Shown here: positions 9,919 to 19,723 of the stretch, piece after piece
How positions within the stretch are numbered: the first letter of the stretch is position 1
Layout: each line of letters starts with the position of its first letter
Source of the DNA: Nitrospinales bacterium
GTDB lineage: Bacteria > Nitrospinota > Nitrospinia > Nitrospinales > JAJDAT01
DNA length: 64,000 nt
Assembly: GCA_046757665.1 (NCBI GenBank)
Contig: JBHHYO010000002.1
Span: forward strand, 1 to 64,000
Direction of reading: 5' to 3'
Translations under genes and position numbers: made by a program
The notes under the pieces: model-generated
What the model was told of the DNA's origin: nothing
Databases searched by the model: none
The model's input: the letters and a program-made list of their open reading frames with translations, nothing else

Positions 9919-10536
9919 ATGGTCCGAATCAACAAGGTTTACACAAAAACCGGCGACCGGGGTGAAACCCGCCTGGCAAGCGGAGAACGAATTGCCAAGG
10001 ATCATCCCCGCATCGAAGCCTACGGCACGGTGGATGAGTTGAACTCCCTGGTGGGGATCGTGCGATGTTTTAATTTGCAAAAACCGGACTCCGAACTCCG
10101 CAACAAACTGGAATTGATTCTACTGACCATACAACAGCGACTGTTCGACCTGGGCGGCGAGCTGGCTTCAAAACCGGCGAAAAACCAAAAACGCAGGCTT
10201 TCTCTTTCGGAAGCAAATGTCCACTGGCTGGAAGAGGTCATCGACGCCATGAACGAGGAATTGCAACCGTTGAAAAGTTTCACACTGCCGGGAGGCGGCC
10301 CGGTGTGCTCCTTCCTGCATCAATGCCGCACGGTATGCCGCCGGGCGGAACGGCAAATGGTGGCCCTCGCCCGTCAGGAAGAAATTGGTCCCTGGACGAT
10401 ACCTTATATCAACCGGCTTGCGGATGCGTTTTTTGTGTTTTCCCGGTGGGCCGCCCACCGCCTCGGCGAGGAAGAGCCCTTGTGGGAACCGGGCCAGCCG
10501 GACCCCGACAACTGGCGCTGGGAAAGTAAACCATAA
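9919..10536 (+). CDS. pduO: ATP:cob(I)alamin adenosyltransferase, PduO type
   Basis: VYTKTGDRGET, YGTVDELNS, RTVCRRAER, YINRLAD. Confidence 0.93.
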   Translation: MVRINKVYTKTGDRGETRLASGERIAKDHPRIEAYGTVDELNSLVGIVRCFNLQKPDSELRNKLELILLTIQQRLFDLGGELASKPAKNQKRRLSLSEANVHWLEEVIDAMNEELQPLKSFTLPGGGPVCSFLHQCRTVCRRAERQMVALARQEEIGPWTIPYINRLADAFFVFSRWAAHRLGEEEPLWEPGQPDPDNWRWESKP

Positions 10537-10666
10537 AATCGCCTTTCCCATTGCCTACCGTCATGCAAACCTGCCACCAATCCAGCCAACTATGGAAATA
10601 ATTCCGATCTTGTGGTAAAAATCACGTAAACTATTCGCTGTCCATCTCCCGAATGTCAAAGCAACC

Positions 10667-11410
10667 GTGAAAATCCGAAACGGCAAACAACTCCTGCTTG
10701 TTCTCATATTCTGCCTGGAAGCCTCCGGCGCCGCGGCGGACGTCCGCCAGATCGACACCAACTTCGACGGCAAAATGGATATGTGGGACCATTTCACGCC
10801 CGACGGCAAGCGCCTGTTGATCGAGTACGACAAAAACTACGACGGAACGATAGACCAAAAAGAAATCTACGACACAAAAAAATCCGTCGTGCGCGCCGAA
10901 ATCGACACGAACTATGATGGGAAAATGGATCATTTTCAGTTTTACTTCAACGACGGAAAACTGATCCGGGTGGAAAGGGATACGACATTCGACGGCCGTA
11001 TTGACACCAGGGAATTTCTGGACGCCCGGGAAAAACTAAAAAGAGTCGAGATCGACAACAATCGCGACGGCAAGGCGGACGTTTGGGAGTTCTACAACAA
11101 GGACGGGAAACTGGTTCGAGTGGAGCGCGATTCCGATCGAAGCGGAGCCGTCGACCGTTGGGAGTTTTTTGAGGAAAATGGCGCTTTGTCGCGTGTCGCC
11201 TTCGATACCAACGGCGACAAGAAGCCCGACCAATGGCAATATCTCATTGACTCGAACATTCCGCAAAAAGCCGAGTTCGATACCAACCACGACGGCAAAC
11301 CGGATCGCTGGGAGTTCTTCGACCCATCGGGAAAGGTTAACCGGATCGAACTCGACCGGAATTTCGACGGCAAGGTCGATACCCGGGAAATCAGAGAACC
11401 CTCTCCATGA
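10667..11410 (+). CDS. Secreted protein with nine 25-aa DxNxDGxxD repeats (putative Ca2+-binding)
   Basis: Signal peptide followed by tandem repeats DTNFDGKMD, DKNYDGTID, DTNYDGKMD and others. Confidence 0.75.
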   Translation: MKIRNGKQLLLVLIFCLEASGAAADVRQIDTNFDGKMDMWDHFTPDGKRLLIEYDKNYDGTIDQKEIYDTKKSVVRAEIDTNYDGKMDHFQFYFNDGKLIRVERDTTFDGRIDTREFLDAREKLKRVEIDNNRDGKADVWEFYNKDGKLVRVERDSDRSGAVDRWEFFEENGALSRVAFDTNGDKKPDQWQYLIDSNIPQKAEFDTNHDGKPDRWEFFDPSGKVNRIELDRNFDGKVDTREIREPSP

Positions 11411-11787
11411 GTCCGATCAAGCCTCACGCCTTTGTCGGCCTCATTATTCTATTAACCGCCTGCGCCCCGCAACCCACCATGGACGTGCCGCAGGAGTTCA
11501 AGGCCGGCCAGAAATATTTCCACAAGATATGCTCCAACTGCCACGGTTCAGACGCCATGGGCAAACACACCAAGGCGCCGCGGCTGATCGACACGGATTA
11601 CCTGCCGGAGGAATTTTCCGATGACGACATCCGGCAAACCATTCTCAACGGCACAGATAAAATGCCTTCGCAGAAAAACAAAGTCTCTAAAGAAGAAATC
11701 GAGGAAATCATCAAGTATCTGCGTTATTCCCAGGAAGCCGCCGGGCTGGCCGTGGCGGAAGACGACGAAGAAGAAGAAACCATGTAA
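11407..11787 (+). CDS. Monoheme cytochrome c lipoprotein
   Basis: Lipobox LTAC, CSNCH, distal KMP, acidic tail. Confidence 0.88.
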   Translation: MSPIKPHAFVGLIILLTACAPQPTMDVPQEFKAGQKYFHKICSNCHGSDAMGKHTKAPRLIDTDYLPEEFSDDDIRQTILNGTDKMPSQKNKVSKEEIEEIIKYLRYSQEAAGLAVAEDDEEEETM

Positions 11788-11810
11788 TCGACATTCAGGA
11801 GTCTCCTTTT

Positions 11811-13052
11811 ATGACTGAGAACGAAAGTTACATCCAATCGCTGTTCGCGGACCGCCTGGGCGGAAACCGCTTTGGCAAGGACAGCACCGTTTATAAGTTC
11901 GAAAAAATAAAACGCGCCAAGCGGGCCGCGCTGGCGGCCAAACCCGATAAAGAGCTGTTCGACCTGGGCGTCGGCGAGCCGGATGAGCCCGCCTTTCCGG
12001 AAGTGATCAAGACCCTGCAACTGGAAGCGGAAAAGCCGGAAAACCGCGGCTACACCGACAACGGCATCGAAGAGTTTAAAATCGCCGCCGTCACCTATAT
12101 GGATAACGTTTTCGGCGTCAAGGGCCTGGACCCCAGCCGGCACGTCAACCACAGTATCGGTTCCAAACCCGGGCTGGCCATGACCCCCTTGATCTTCATC
12201 AACCCGGGAGACGTCGTGCTTATGACCGACCCGGGGTATCCCGTTATGGGAACCCATTCCCGGTACTTGCAGGGAGAAGTGGTGACACTGCCCTTGACTC
12301 CGGAAAACAATTTTTTGCCCGACCTGAAAAGCATCGATGAAAAAATTTTAAAGCGAACCAAGCTACTTTATTTGAACTATCCCAACAATCCCACCGGCGC
12401 CCAGGCAACACGCGAGTTTTATGAGAAAGTCGTCGCCTTCGCGAAAGCCAACGATATTGTCGTCATACAGGACGCCGCCTACGCCGCGCTGATTTATCAG
12501 GGCGAACCTTTGAGCTTTCTCTCCATACCCGGAGCGCTCGACGTCGGCGTGGAATTTCATTCCCTGTCCAAGGCCTACAACATGACCGGCTGGCGCATCG
12601 CCTTCATCGTCGGCAACGAGCTGGTGGTCAAGGGATTCGCCAGCGTCAAGGACAACATCGATTCCGGCCAGTTCGCCGCCATTCAAAAAGCCGCCATCCA
12701 CGCCCTGGAACATCCCGGCATCACCGAGGAAATCATCACAAAATACAAACGCCGATTGGCCCTGCTGGTGCAAACCCTCAACTCGGTCGGTTTCAACGCG
12801 CAAATGCCGGGCGGCACTTTTTTTCTGTACGTCAAGGCCCCCAAGGGAGTCAAGAGGCAACGCCGATTCGATTCCGCCGAGGACTTTTCCCAATACCTGA
12901 TTACCGAACATTCGATCTCGACCGTGCCTTGGGATAATGCCGGCTCGTTCGTGCGCTTCTCCGCGACTTTCGCCGCCAAGGGGGGCGAGGACGAAATACG
13001 GATCATGGAGGAAATCAAAAAGAGATTGGCAACGGTTGAGTTTGAGTTTTGA
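11811..13052 (+). CDS. dapL: LL-diaminopimelate aminotransferase
   Basis: DLGVGEPD, LNYPNNPTG, SLSKAYNMTGWR. Confidence 0.85.
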   Translation: MTENESYIQSLFADRLGGNRFGKDSTVYKFEKIKRAKRAALAAKPDKELFDLGVGEPDEPAFPEVIKTLQLEAEKPENRGYTDNGIEEFKIAAVTYMDNVFGVKGLDPSRHVNHSIGSKPGLAMTPLIFINPGDVVLMTDPGYPVMGTHSRYLQGEVVTLPLTPENNFLPDLKSIDEKILKRTKLLYLNYPNNPTGAQATREFYEKVVAFAKANDIVVIQDAAYAALIYQGEPLSFLSIPGALDVGVEFHSLSKAYNMTGWRIAFIVGNELVVKGFASVKDNIDSGQFAAIQKAAIHALEHPGITEEIITKYKRRLALLVQTLNSVGFNAQMPGGTFFLYVKAPKGVKRQRRFDSAEDFSQYLITEHSISTVPWDNAGSFVRFSATFAAKGGEDEIRIMEEIKKRLATVEFEF

Positions 13053-13077
13053 ATAAAAGCTCCCACACTCCTTACCT

Positions 13078-13183
13078 CTCGTTTCCACGCTCCGCGTGGG
13101 AACATTTAACTCGACGCTCCTGCGTCCAATGATTGCCGCAGAGCGGCAAAAGCGTTCGTTCCCACGCGGAGCGTGGGAACGAG
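13078..13183. repeat. REPIN-like inverted repeat (GTTCCCACGCTCCGCGTGGGAAC family)
   Basis: CTCGTTTCCACGCTCCGCGTGGGAAC ... GTTCCCACGCGGAGCGTGGGAACGAG are mutual inverted arms, each self-palindromic. Confidence 0.85.
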
Positions 13184-13193
13184 GGAATCCAAA

Positions 13194-13685
13194 ATGTCCG
13201 AAACTGTTTACATAGGAATAGGGTCGAACATGGGGAGTCCCCGGGAAAATTGCCGGCAAGCGATGGCTCGCCTGAACGTCCGTCCGGGCATCACGGCCAT
13301 GGGGCAATCCTCGCTTTACGAAACGGAACCCGTGGGAGTCGAGGAGCAAAACTGGTTCGTCAACGCCGTCATGGAAATAAAAACCGATTTCAATCCGGAA
13401 GAGTTATTGACGGCGCTCTTGAAAATCGAACAGGAGATGGGACGGGTGCGGCGGGAAAAATGGGGACCGCGGATCATCGATCTCGATATCCTTTTTTACG
13501 GCAACCGAATTATCGACACGGCGCGTTTGAAAATCCCGCATCCGGAAGCCGCCCGCCGCCGGTTCGTCCTTGCGCCCCTGGAAGAAATCAACCCAAACCT
13601 TCGCCACCCGGCGCTGGACAAAACCGTCCGGGAACTGCTGGCGGCATTGCCGAACGAAGAACAGACGGCCCGCCGGCTATCCTGA
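13194..13685 (+). CDS. folK: 2-amino-4-hydroxy-6-hydroxymethyldihydropteridine diphosphokinase
   Basis: YIGIGSNMG, SSLYETEP, WGPRIIDLDIL, IPHP. Confidence 0.95.
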   Translation: MSETVYIGIGSNMGSPRENCRQAMARLNVRPGITAMGQSSLYETEPVGVEEQNWFVNAVMEIKTDFNPEELLTALLKIEQEMGRVRREKWGPRIIDLDILFYGNRIIDTARLKIPHPEAARRRFVLAPLEEINPNLRHPALDKTVRELLAALPNEEQTARRLS

Positions 13686-14867
13686 TTTGTCCAGTTCAAC
13701 AATTTCTGTTTTCTGGATCGCCTCCTGCATCAAGGACTGCCAGGGAAAACCCGCTTCGTCGGACTCCAGGTGCGGGATTCGACTGCGCGTCGCGGGGTTG
13801 GGCGGCATGAATACGGAACAACAATCGGGATGGGGTTCTATGCTGACGCCGTAGGTGCCGATCGTTTTTGCCCGATCGATGATTTCATTCTTGTCCATGC
13901 CGATCAGCGGCCGGAAAATGTTGCAGGAAACCACGGTGGACACGGCTTCCAGATTTTCCAACGTCTGGGAGGCGACCTGGCCGAGGGACTCCCCGGTCAC
14001 CAGCGCCCAGCAGGCGTTTTCCCGGGCAACGGCATGGGCGATGCGGTACATCATTCGTCGGTAAAGCACCACGCGATGCGCGGGCCGGCAACGGTCGCGG
14101 ATGGCTACCTGGGTGGCGCCGAACGGAACCACGTAAAGCCGCCCTCTTCCTTGAAACCGGTTCAAAATACCGGCCAGTCGCAACACCTTGTCATATCCTC
14201 CGCGGCCCAGAAACTCGCGGTTCTCAAAAAATATAAAATGCACGCGGCACCCCCGCCGCATCATCAGGTAAGAGGCTACGGGACTGTCAATGCCTCCGGA
14301 GAGCAGGCTCAACACTTCGCCGGAACTGCCAACCGGCAAACCGCGTAAGCCCGGAACGCGGCGATGGAAAACGACCGTTTGCTTTTGGCCGATTTCAACC
14401 TCCAGAACGAACTCCGCTCCCTTGATATCAACCGTGAGTCCCTTGCCGCCAAGCCGCCCCATGATCCGGGAGCCGATCTCGAAATCGCATTCGGTGGAAA
14501 TTTTGTGAAAGGTCTTATCCGATCGCTGAGTGCGAACGCAGAACTTGAGAGTTTTTCCCGGGGCCAGGAGAGGCTCAATCCAGCGGATGCCCAAATCGGC
14601 GATTTTATCGAAATCCGGTTCCAGGGCCACGCCGACGCTGAACGAAGCGATCCCGGGGACCTCGCGCAAGCGGGAGCAACACTCTTCAACCGCCACGGCG
14701 GGCAGGTCGATGAATATTCTTCCCCGCGGCGCGCGAAACCGGACTTCCTCCAGTCCGGCGAATTTGCGCTTGATGTTTTCAACCAGGCAGTTGACAAAAA
14801 AATCGCGGTTCTTGCCTTTCAGCCCGATTTCATCGTACCGCACGACAATGACGTTTGCGCCGGTCAT
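13677..14867 (-). CDS. thiI: tRNA 4-thiouridine synthase (no rhodanese domain)
   Basis: RYDEIGLKGKNR, THUMP domain, SGGIDSPVA, TGESLGQVASQT, DCC; ATG 14867 overlaps the desulfurase stop. Confidence 0.93.
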   Translation of the reverse strand: MTGANVIVVRYDEIGLKGKNRDFFVNCLVENIKRKFAGLEEVRFRAPRGRIFIDLPAVAVEECCSRLREVPGIASFSVGVALEPDFDKIADLGIRWIEPLLAPGKTLKFCVRTQRSDKTFHKISTECDFEIGSRIMGRLGGKGLTVDIKGAEFVLEVEIGQKQTVVFHRRVPGLRGLPVGSSGEVLSLLSGGIDSPVASYLMMRRGCRVHFIFFENREFLGRGGYDKVLRLAGILNRFQGRGRLYVVPFGATQVAIRDRCRPAHRVVLYRRMMYRIAHAVARENACWALVTGESLGQVASQTLENLEAVSTVVSCNIFRPLIGMDKNEIIDRAKTIGTYGVSIEPHPDCCSVFMPPNPATRSRIPHLESDEAGFPWQSLMQEAIQKTEIVELDKSG

Positions 14868-16039
14868 CCGACTTTCCGGGAAAAGGTTGGATACAGCGCC
14901 TCGTAAGCGCGGGCAAATTCCTTGAGAAAAACATCCACCTCCTCGACCGTATTTTGCCTGCCGAAAGACACTCTCAAACTGCAACGCGCCTCCTCCGTGG
15001 ACAGGCCGATGCCGGTTAAAATTTTGGAAGGCTTTTTGGACTGGGCGCTACAAGCGCTACCCGTTCCCACAAAAATATCCTTTTCCTCCAAATGATGCAG
15101 TAGCACCTCCCCTTCCACCGGCGGAAAGCTGAAGTTGACGATGGCGGGAGACTGGTGATCCGGGGAAACCGAAGAATTAAAACGGAGACGCAGGTTCGGC
15201 AAGCGTCGGGACAAGTCCTGGAGCCCCTCAATCAAACGACATCTCAACTTGCCCAAATGGACACGGGTTTCGTCCGTCCGCTCCAGCGCCAGTTTCAGCG
15301 CTTCCGCCAGGCCGAGGATCAGCGGCACGGGCAATGTGCCGGATCGAATCCCGAACTGCTGTTGGCCGCCATGAATCTGCGGAGCCAAGGGAAAACGCGA
15401 ATCATAAATCAACAAGCCGATGCCCTTGGGACCGTTGATTTTATGCGCCGAGACGGAATATCCCGCCACCCCGTCCCAGAAAGCCGGCGTGAATCGTATC
15501 TTGCCGACAGCTTGCACTCCGTCGAGGAACAGGCGGACCTTCGGCGCATCGGATTTCAAGATCGGAGCAATTTCTCCGGGATCATTGATACTGCCCAGTT
15601 CATTGTTGACATGGGAAAGGCAAAGCAACCTGATCCGATGGCGGCCCAGCTCGGAGATTTTCGCCGGATCCAATCGTCCTTCTTTTTGAAAGCCGGAAAG
15701 GATTTCGCCGCCCTTTTCCTCGGCGAGAGCCAGAGGAGCCGTCACGCTGGGATGCTCGAGGCCAAGGCACGCGGCTTTTTTGCCGGCGTTTCCCTTGATA
15801 AAAAGGTTATTCGATTCGCTCCCGCCGCTGGTAAAGATAATTCGGTAGCTCGCCGGCAACCGCAAGAGAGTGGCGATTTCCTCCCTGGCCTTTTCGACAC
15901 GGTTTGCGGCGTCGAGGCCGATCCGATAAACCGCGCCCGGATTGGCAAAATCCCGGCGCATGGATTGGCTGACCACTTCGAACACCCGCGGGTCGACCGG
16001 GGTGGTCGCCGCATGATCCAGATAAATCATAACCGTCAA
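14864..16039 (-). CDS. Cysteine desulfurase (IscS/NifZ-like)
   Basis: IYLDHAATT, TSGGSESNN, SAHKINGPKG, TGSAC. Confidence 0.92.
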   Translation of the reverse strand: MTVMIYLDHAATTPVDPRVFEVVSQSMRRDFANPGAVYRIGLDAANRVEKAREEIATLLRLPASYRIIFTSGGSESNNLFIKGNAGKKAACLGLEHPSVTAPLALAEEKGGEILSGFQKEGRLDPAKISELGRHRIRLLCLSHVNNELGSINDPGEIAPILKSDAPKVRLFLDGVQAVGKIRFTPAFWDGVAGYSVSAHKINGPKGIGLLIYDSRFPLAPQIHGGQQQFGIRSGTLPVPLILGLAEALKLALERTDETRVHLGKLRCRLIEGLQDLSRRLPNLRLRFNSSVSPDHQSPAIVNFSFPPVEGEVLLHHLEEKDIFVGTGSACSAQSKKPSKILTGIGLSTEEARCSLRVSFGRQNTVEEVDVFLKEFARAYEALYPTFSRKVG

Positions 16040-16051
16040 ATAAAAAAATGA

Positions 16052-16606
16052 TCAGGGTTCGTAAGGGGGAACCATGTCCTGTTCCACCTCAAGTTGCTTG
16101 AGGATTCTGGCGACGACAAAATCGACCATATCGTCCAGGCTCCTGGGTTCGTGATAAAACGCCGGGGACGCGGGCAAAACGACCGCGCCCGCCCGGTCCA
16201 AGGCCAACAGGTTTTTTAAGTGGATCGCGTTGAAGGGCGTTTCCCTGGGCACCACAACCAGTTTGCGTTTTTCTTTCAGAACGACATCCGCCGCGCGCTC
16301 TATCAACGTCCCGGAGATGCCGCCGGCGATTCTGCCAACCGTCCCCATGCTGGCCGGCACCACCACCATGCCGTCCACGGGAAAAGACCCGCTGGCAATA
16401 GGCGCGTTGATGCGAGTATTTTTATGAACGGTAACGGATTCCCCAACAAAATAGGATGGCGTCAAACCCAATTCTATTTTCAACAGTTCCCGGCCGCGAT
16501 CGGAAATGATCAGGTGCAGTTCGGCCCGAGTTTGAAGGTAGTCAAACAATCGTTTGGCGTAACAAACACCGCTGGCGCCCGTTATGGCTAAAATAAAACG
16601 TTTCAT
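16052..16606 (-). CDS. ubiX: Flavin prenyltransferase
   Basis: ITGASG, IASGSF, RAADVVLKE, PRETP. Confidence 0.93.
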   Translation of the reverse strand: MKRFILAITGASGVCYAKRLFDYLQTRAELHLIISDRGRELLKIELGLTPSYFVGESVTVHKNTRINAPIASGSFPVDGMVVVPASMGTVGRIAGGISGTLIERAADVVLKEKRKLVVVPRETPFNAIHLKNLLALDRAGAVVLPASPAFYHEPRSLDDMVDFVVARILKQLEVEQDMVPPYEP

Positions 16607-17226
16607 CGGCTAAGGTAATCGGGAAACAAGGCAACCATTTCATCACGGAGCCGGGCCTGAACTTTTTCCTGAGAGGCCGAACTGTCAACCCTTCGGAAGC
16701 GGGGACCGGTAAACGTATCGAAAATTTTCTGCACTTTTTCCAAATATTCGAGTTTTTCAAAAGTATCCGGCCCGGAATTTCGTGACTGGCGGATGCGCTC
16801 CAGGCAAACCGGCAAAGGCGCGGTAAAAATAAAAACCCGGTCCGGCGCCGGCGCAAACGCCTCGTTCTCGCGGAGAATCGTTTCCGGATTCAGCCCCAAC
16901 GCTCCCTGATAGGCCGTCGTGGAAAAGTAATACCGATCCATTAAAATAATTTTTTTTTGATCCAACGCGGGACGGATGTTGCGCTCCACATCCTCCTTGC
17001 GGTCGTTAATGAACCAGGCCAGTTCCTCCTCGGGGGTGACGCCTCCCCGGCCCTGGACAAGAAGATTTCTTATCTTCCGGCCCCAAACTCCCTGAGTCGG
17101 TTCACGCAGGCGCAAAACCGGCAACCCGTTATCCTGAAAATATTCTGTCAGCAAATGGCAATGCGTGCTCTTTCCGGTGCCATCGATTCCCTCAAAAACA
17201 ATCAAGTATCCGCGATCGAGTTTCAA
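16603..17226 (-). CDS. tmk: Thymidylate kinase
   Basis: FEGIDGTGKST, REP, MDRYYFSTTAYQG. Confidence 0.95.
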   Translation of the reverse strand: MKLDRGYLIVFEGIDGTGKSTHCHLLTEYFQDNGLPVLRLREPTQGVWGRKIRNLLVQGRGGVTPEEELAWFINDRKEDVERNIRPALDQKKIILMDRYYFSTTAYQGALGLNPETILRENEAFAPAPDRVFIFTAPLPVCLERIRQSRNSGPDTFEKLEYLEKVQKIFDTFTGPRFRRVDSSASQEKVQARLRDEMVALFPDYLSR

Positions 17227-17424
17227 AATCAGTCCTGTGGAAAAGTTTTGATTAGTTTAGCTTAGAATGGCTTCTCATTAACAGGTTTTTCGAGCATAAA
17301 ACTCTCCACAAATTTTTTCAATGTGCTCAAAAATAGCGGTATAATTGAGCACACCGGACCATTGCTTTTCCAGCGATTTATCTGTCATGTTCCCTCACAG
17401 GTGAAAAACAGTTCTCGGTTCAGA

Positions 17425-17955
17425 ATGAAGAAAAGTTTGAAAATTCTCGGTTGGATTTTTGTCGGGGTTTTCCTGCAATTCAAATTCAACGTCCTTTATG
17501 GAATCGTTTTTCTGGAGAACCTGAATTTCCATGACCGCGCCTACCAGGTCAAAATAAACTTTACGCCAGCAAAGGAAACCATCGGGGCACTGCATGTTGA
17601 ATCCATTGTTCATCATTCCCTTGGCGCGGATTATTTTGCCACCGTTTACATTCCGGACCAATACGACATATTGAACCAAAAACCATACGTCAGCGCCGAG
17701 CCCTTGCCCGGATACCGGGCCTACCAAATGAATATGAAGCGGAAATACCGCGACGTTTTAAGCGCCAAGGATTTTCTTGTCAGTCCACTCAAAACGACGG
17801 ACATTCCTCCGATGCCCATCATCGTAAAATTTGAAAACATGACCCAACATCTTCACACCGACAAAACGTATGTTCTTTCCACAGAAAACAAAGTCATTCG
17901 GTTAAAGGGTCCAGCGATAGCCGAAGCCACTTTCCCCCAGCAATGGGGAATGTAG
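17425..17955 (+). CDS. Hypothetical membrane-anchored protein
   Basis: ORF with N-terminal hydrophobic helix; no motif recognised. Confidence 0.6.
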   Translation: MKKSLKILGWIFVGVFLQFKFNVLYGIVFLENLNFHDRAYQVKINFTPAKETIGALHVESIVHHSLGADYFATVYIPDQYDILNQKPYVSAEPLPGYRAYQMNMKRKYRDVLSAKDFLVSPLKTTDIPPMPIIVKFENMTQHLHTDKTYVLSTENKVIRLKGPAIAEATFPQQWGM

Positions 17956-17982
17956 ATCACGCAAATTCCGTTGCGTTGAACA

Positions 17983-18819
17983 ATGAGACAGACGCCAAAA
18001 GATTATTACAAAATACTTCGCGTTTCGGAAAGCGCCGATGCGGCGGAGATCAAAAAAGCATACCGCAAGCTGGCCATGGAGTTTCATCCCGACCACAACC
18101 CCGGGGACTCTGCCAGCGAGGAAAAGTTCAAGGAAATCACCGAAGCTTACGGAGTCCTGATCGATCCCTTGAAGAGGCGGGAATTCGACCGTTACCGCCA
18201 CGGGGCTTATTCCGGAACTTATGGGGGCTCTTCCCCGTTCGACTATTCCCAGCAGGACATTTTTGAAAACTTGTTCCGCAACGCCTCCGCGCGCCAGGTT
18301 TTCGAGGAGTTGAACCGGGAATTCAACCGCTCCGGGTTCCGCTCCGGACGAGGTTTTTTTGAGAACATATTTTTCGGCGGGGCCGCTGGAGGCCTGGGCC
18401 GCCTGCTGTGGATGCTCCCCGGTCCGCTGGGACGAATCGGCCAGGGCATCCGCCTGGTTCAATTGGTGGGCACTTCACTTCTGGCTCTGAACCAATTGCG
18501 AAAAGCTCATCAAAAAGTTTCGACCAACGGGGAGGAGGAACCCCGCCCGCTAACCGATTCTTTGAAGGGTTTGTTCGGCAAAACAACCAAAACCTCTCCT
18601 TTGGACCTGAATTTTCAGATTACCCTCACCTCGTCGGAGGCCGACCGCGGCGGCAAGAAAGAAATTTCCTACAAAGTCGGCGAGGAATTGGAGCGGCTCC
18701 GTGTCAGCATCCCGCCGGGAATCCGGAGCGGCCAAAAATTGCGTATCAAGGAGAAGGGATACGAAAAAAACGGCCGCCGGGGAGACTTGGTCCTTTCGTT
18801 TCTGGTTCGGGAACATTGA
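17983..18819 (+). CDS. DnaJ/CbpA-like J-domain protein
   Basis: DYYKIL..HPD J domain, G/F-rich region, C-terminal DnaJ_C-like segment, no Zn finger. Confidence 0.88.
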   Translation: MRQTPKDYYKILRVSESADAAEIKKAYRKLAMEFHPDHNPGDSASEEKFKEITEAYGVLIDPLKRREFDRYRHGAYSGTYGGSSPFDYSQQDIFENLFRNASARQVFEELNREFNRSGFRSGRGFFENIFFGGAAGGLGRLLWMLPGPLGRIGQGIRLVQLVGTSLLALNQLRKAHQKVSTNGEEEPRPLTDSLKGLFGKTTKTSPLDLNFQITLTSSEADRGGKKEISYKVGEELERLRVSIPPGIRSGQKLRIKEKGYEKNGRRGDLVLSFLVREH

Positions 18820-19001
18820 GTAATTGAATCGGGGACACAGATAACTATTCGCAACGTTCATCCCGGAATTCATACACCTACCCCGTGGGGCCTTGCAAAC
18901 CGGCAAATCGACAGGGCTTCCGCTACCGCATACCTGCATTTCGCGCTATATATAGGGGGATAAAAACGGAGACCGGAGGCCGGAGGCGGCCAACCGTGAT
19001 C

Positions 19002-19105
19002 GTCATTGCGAGGCGGCGAAGCCGACGAAGCAATCCAGAAAGGACCATTCCCACCGGGCGTGGCCCGGCTGGATCGCCGCGCCGCCGGTGGCGGCTCGCG
19101 ATGAC
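19002..19105 (+). repeat. 104-bp palindromic REP-like cassette
   Basis: Near-identical to 55764-55867; terminal arms GTCATTGCGAG / CTCGCGATGAC. Confidence 0.9.
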
Positions 19106-19344
19106 GCCGGGGCGGCGAAGAGCGAAAAACGCAAAGGAAAATCCCCCAAACCCCCTGCCTTGAAGGGGGCTTTTCTGTGTCCATCTGTGTGCCCTTCGAC
19201 AGACTCAGGGCAGGCATCGGTGGTTCAACTTTTTTGCTTTTCTCTGCGTTCTTGGCGGCTTTGCGCTGATTTCGGTATTGTAAATTTTAATCTTCAAAAC
19301 GCGGGGTTCGGCATGGGAAAATATGAAATAAAAATATAATTTAA

Positions 19345-19357
19345 TATCAAATAGTTA
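19345..19357 (+). promoter_or_regulatory. Possible IHF-binding site
   Basis: TATCAAATAGTTA matches WATCAANNNNTTR, with an AT-rich upstream tract. Confidence 0.4.
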
Positions 19358-19723
19358 CGTATAAATACTTAAACCTTTTTATAGCATGGTTTTTCCGCGA
19401 AATCCGGTGATTTTTCACCTGACGGGAGAGTTGGAAAACCGGTTGCATAACAAGGAATTGCCGGGTTTACGACCTGACGTTTCGACTATTTCGTTCCTCG
19501 TTTTTCAAAAAAATTTTTTTGCGAAAATCGGCTCCAGTCAGGCATTTACTTCATGCAATAACCGGGCTAACCACCCGAATTTTAACCCGTTCCTTCTCCT
19601 TTTACTCAAGGTAACTGTCGGTTTTGCCGTTGAATAGACAAGCCACACTATCATAATAAACGGAAAGCGGATCAAGCGCCAAATCCCGCTTTCCATAAGG
19701 ATAAAAACAGGGTCGCCACAAAC

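Larger units (their letters stand above)
18928..19542 (+). repeat. ~615-bp non-coding dispersed element, copy A
   Basis: Four blocks match the reverse complement of 55416-56048. Confidence 0.85.

Noticed and set aside
18870-19637. Small ORFs inside repeat copy A (and 55674-56089 in copy B) sharing peptide stretches
   Set aside because: Similarity comes from the DNA repeat; frames are broken by indels between copies
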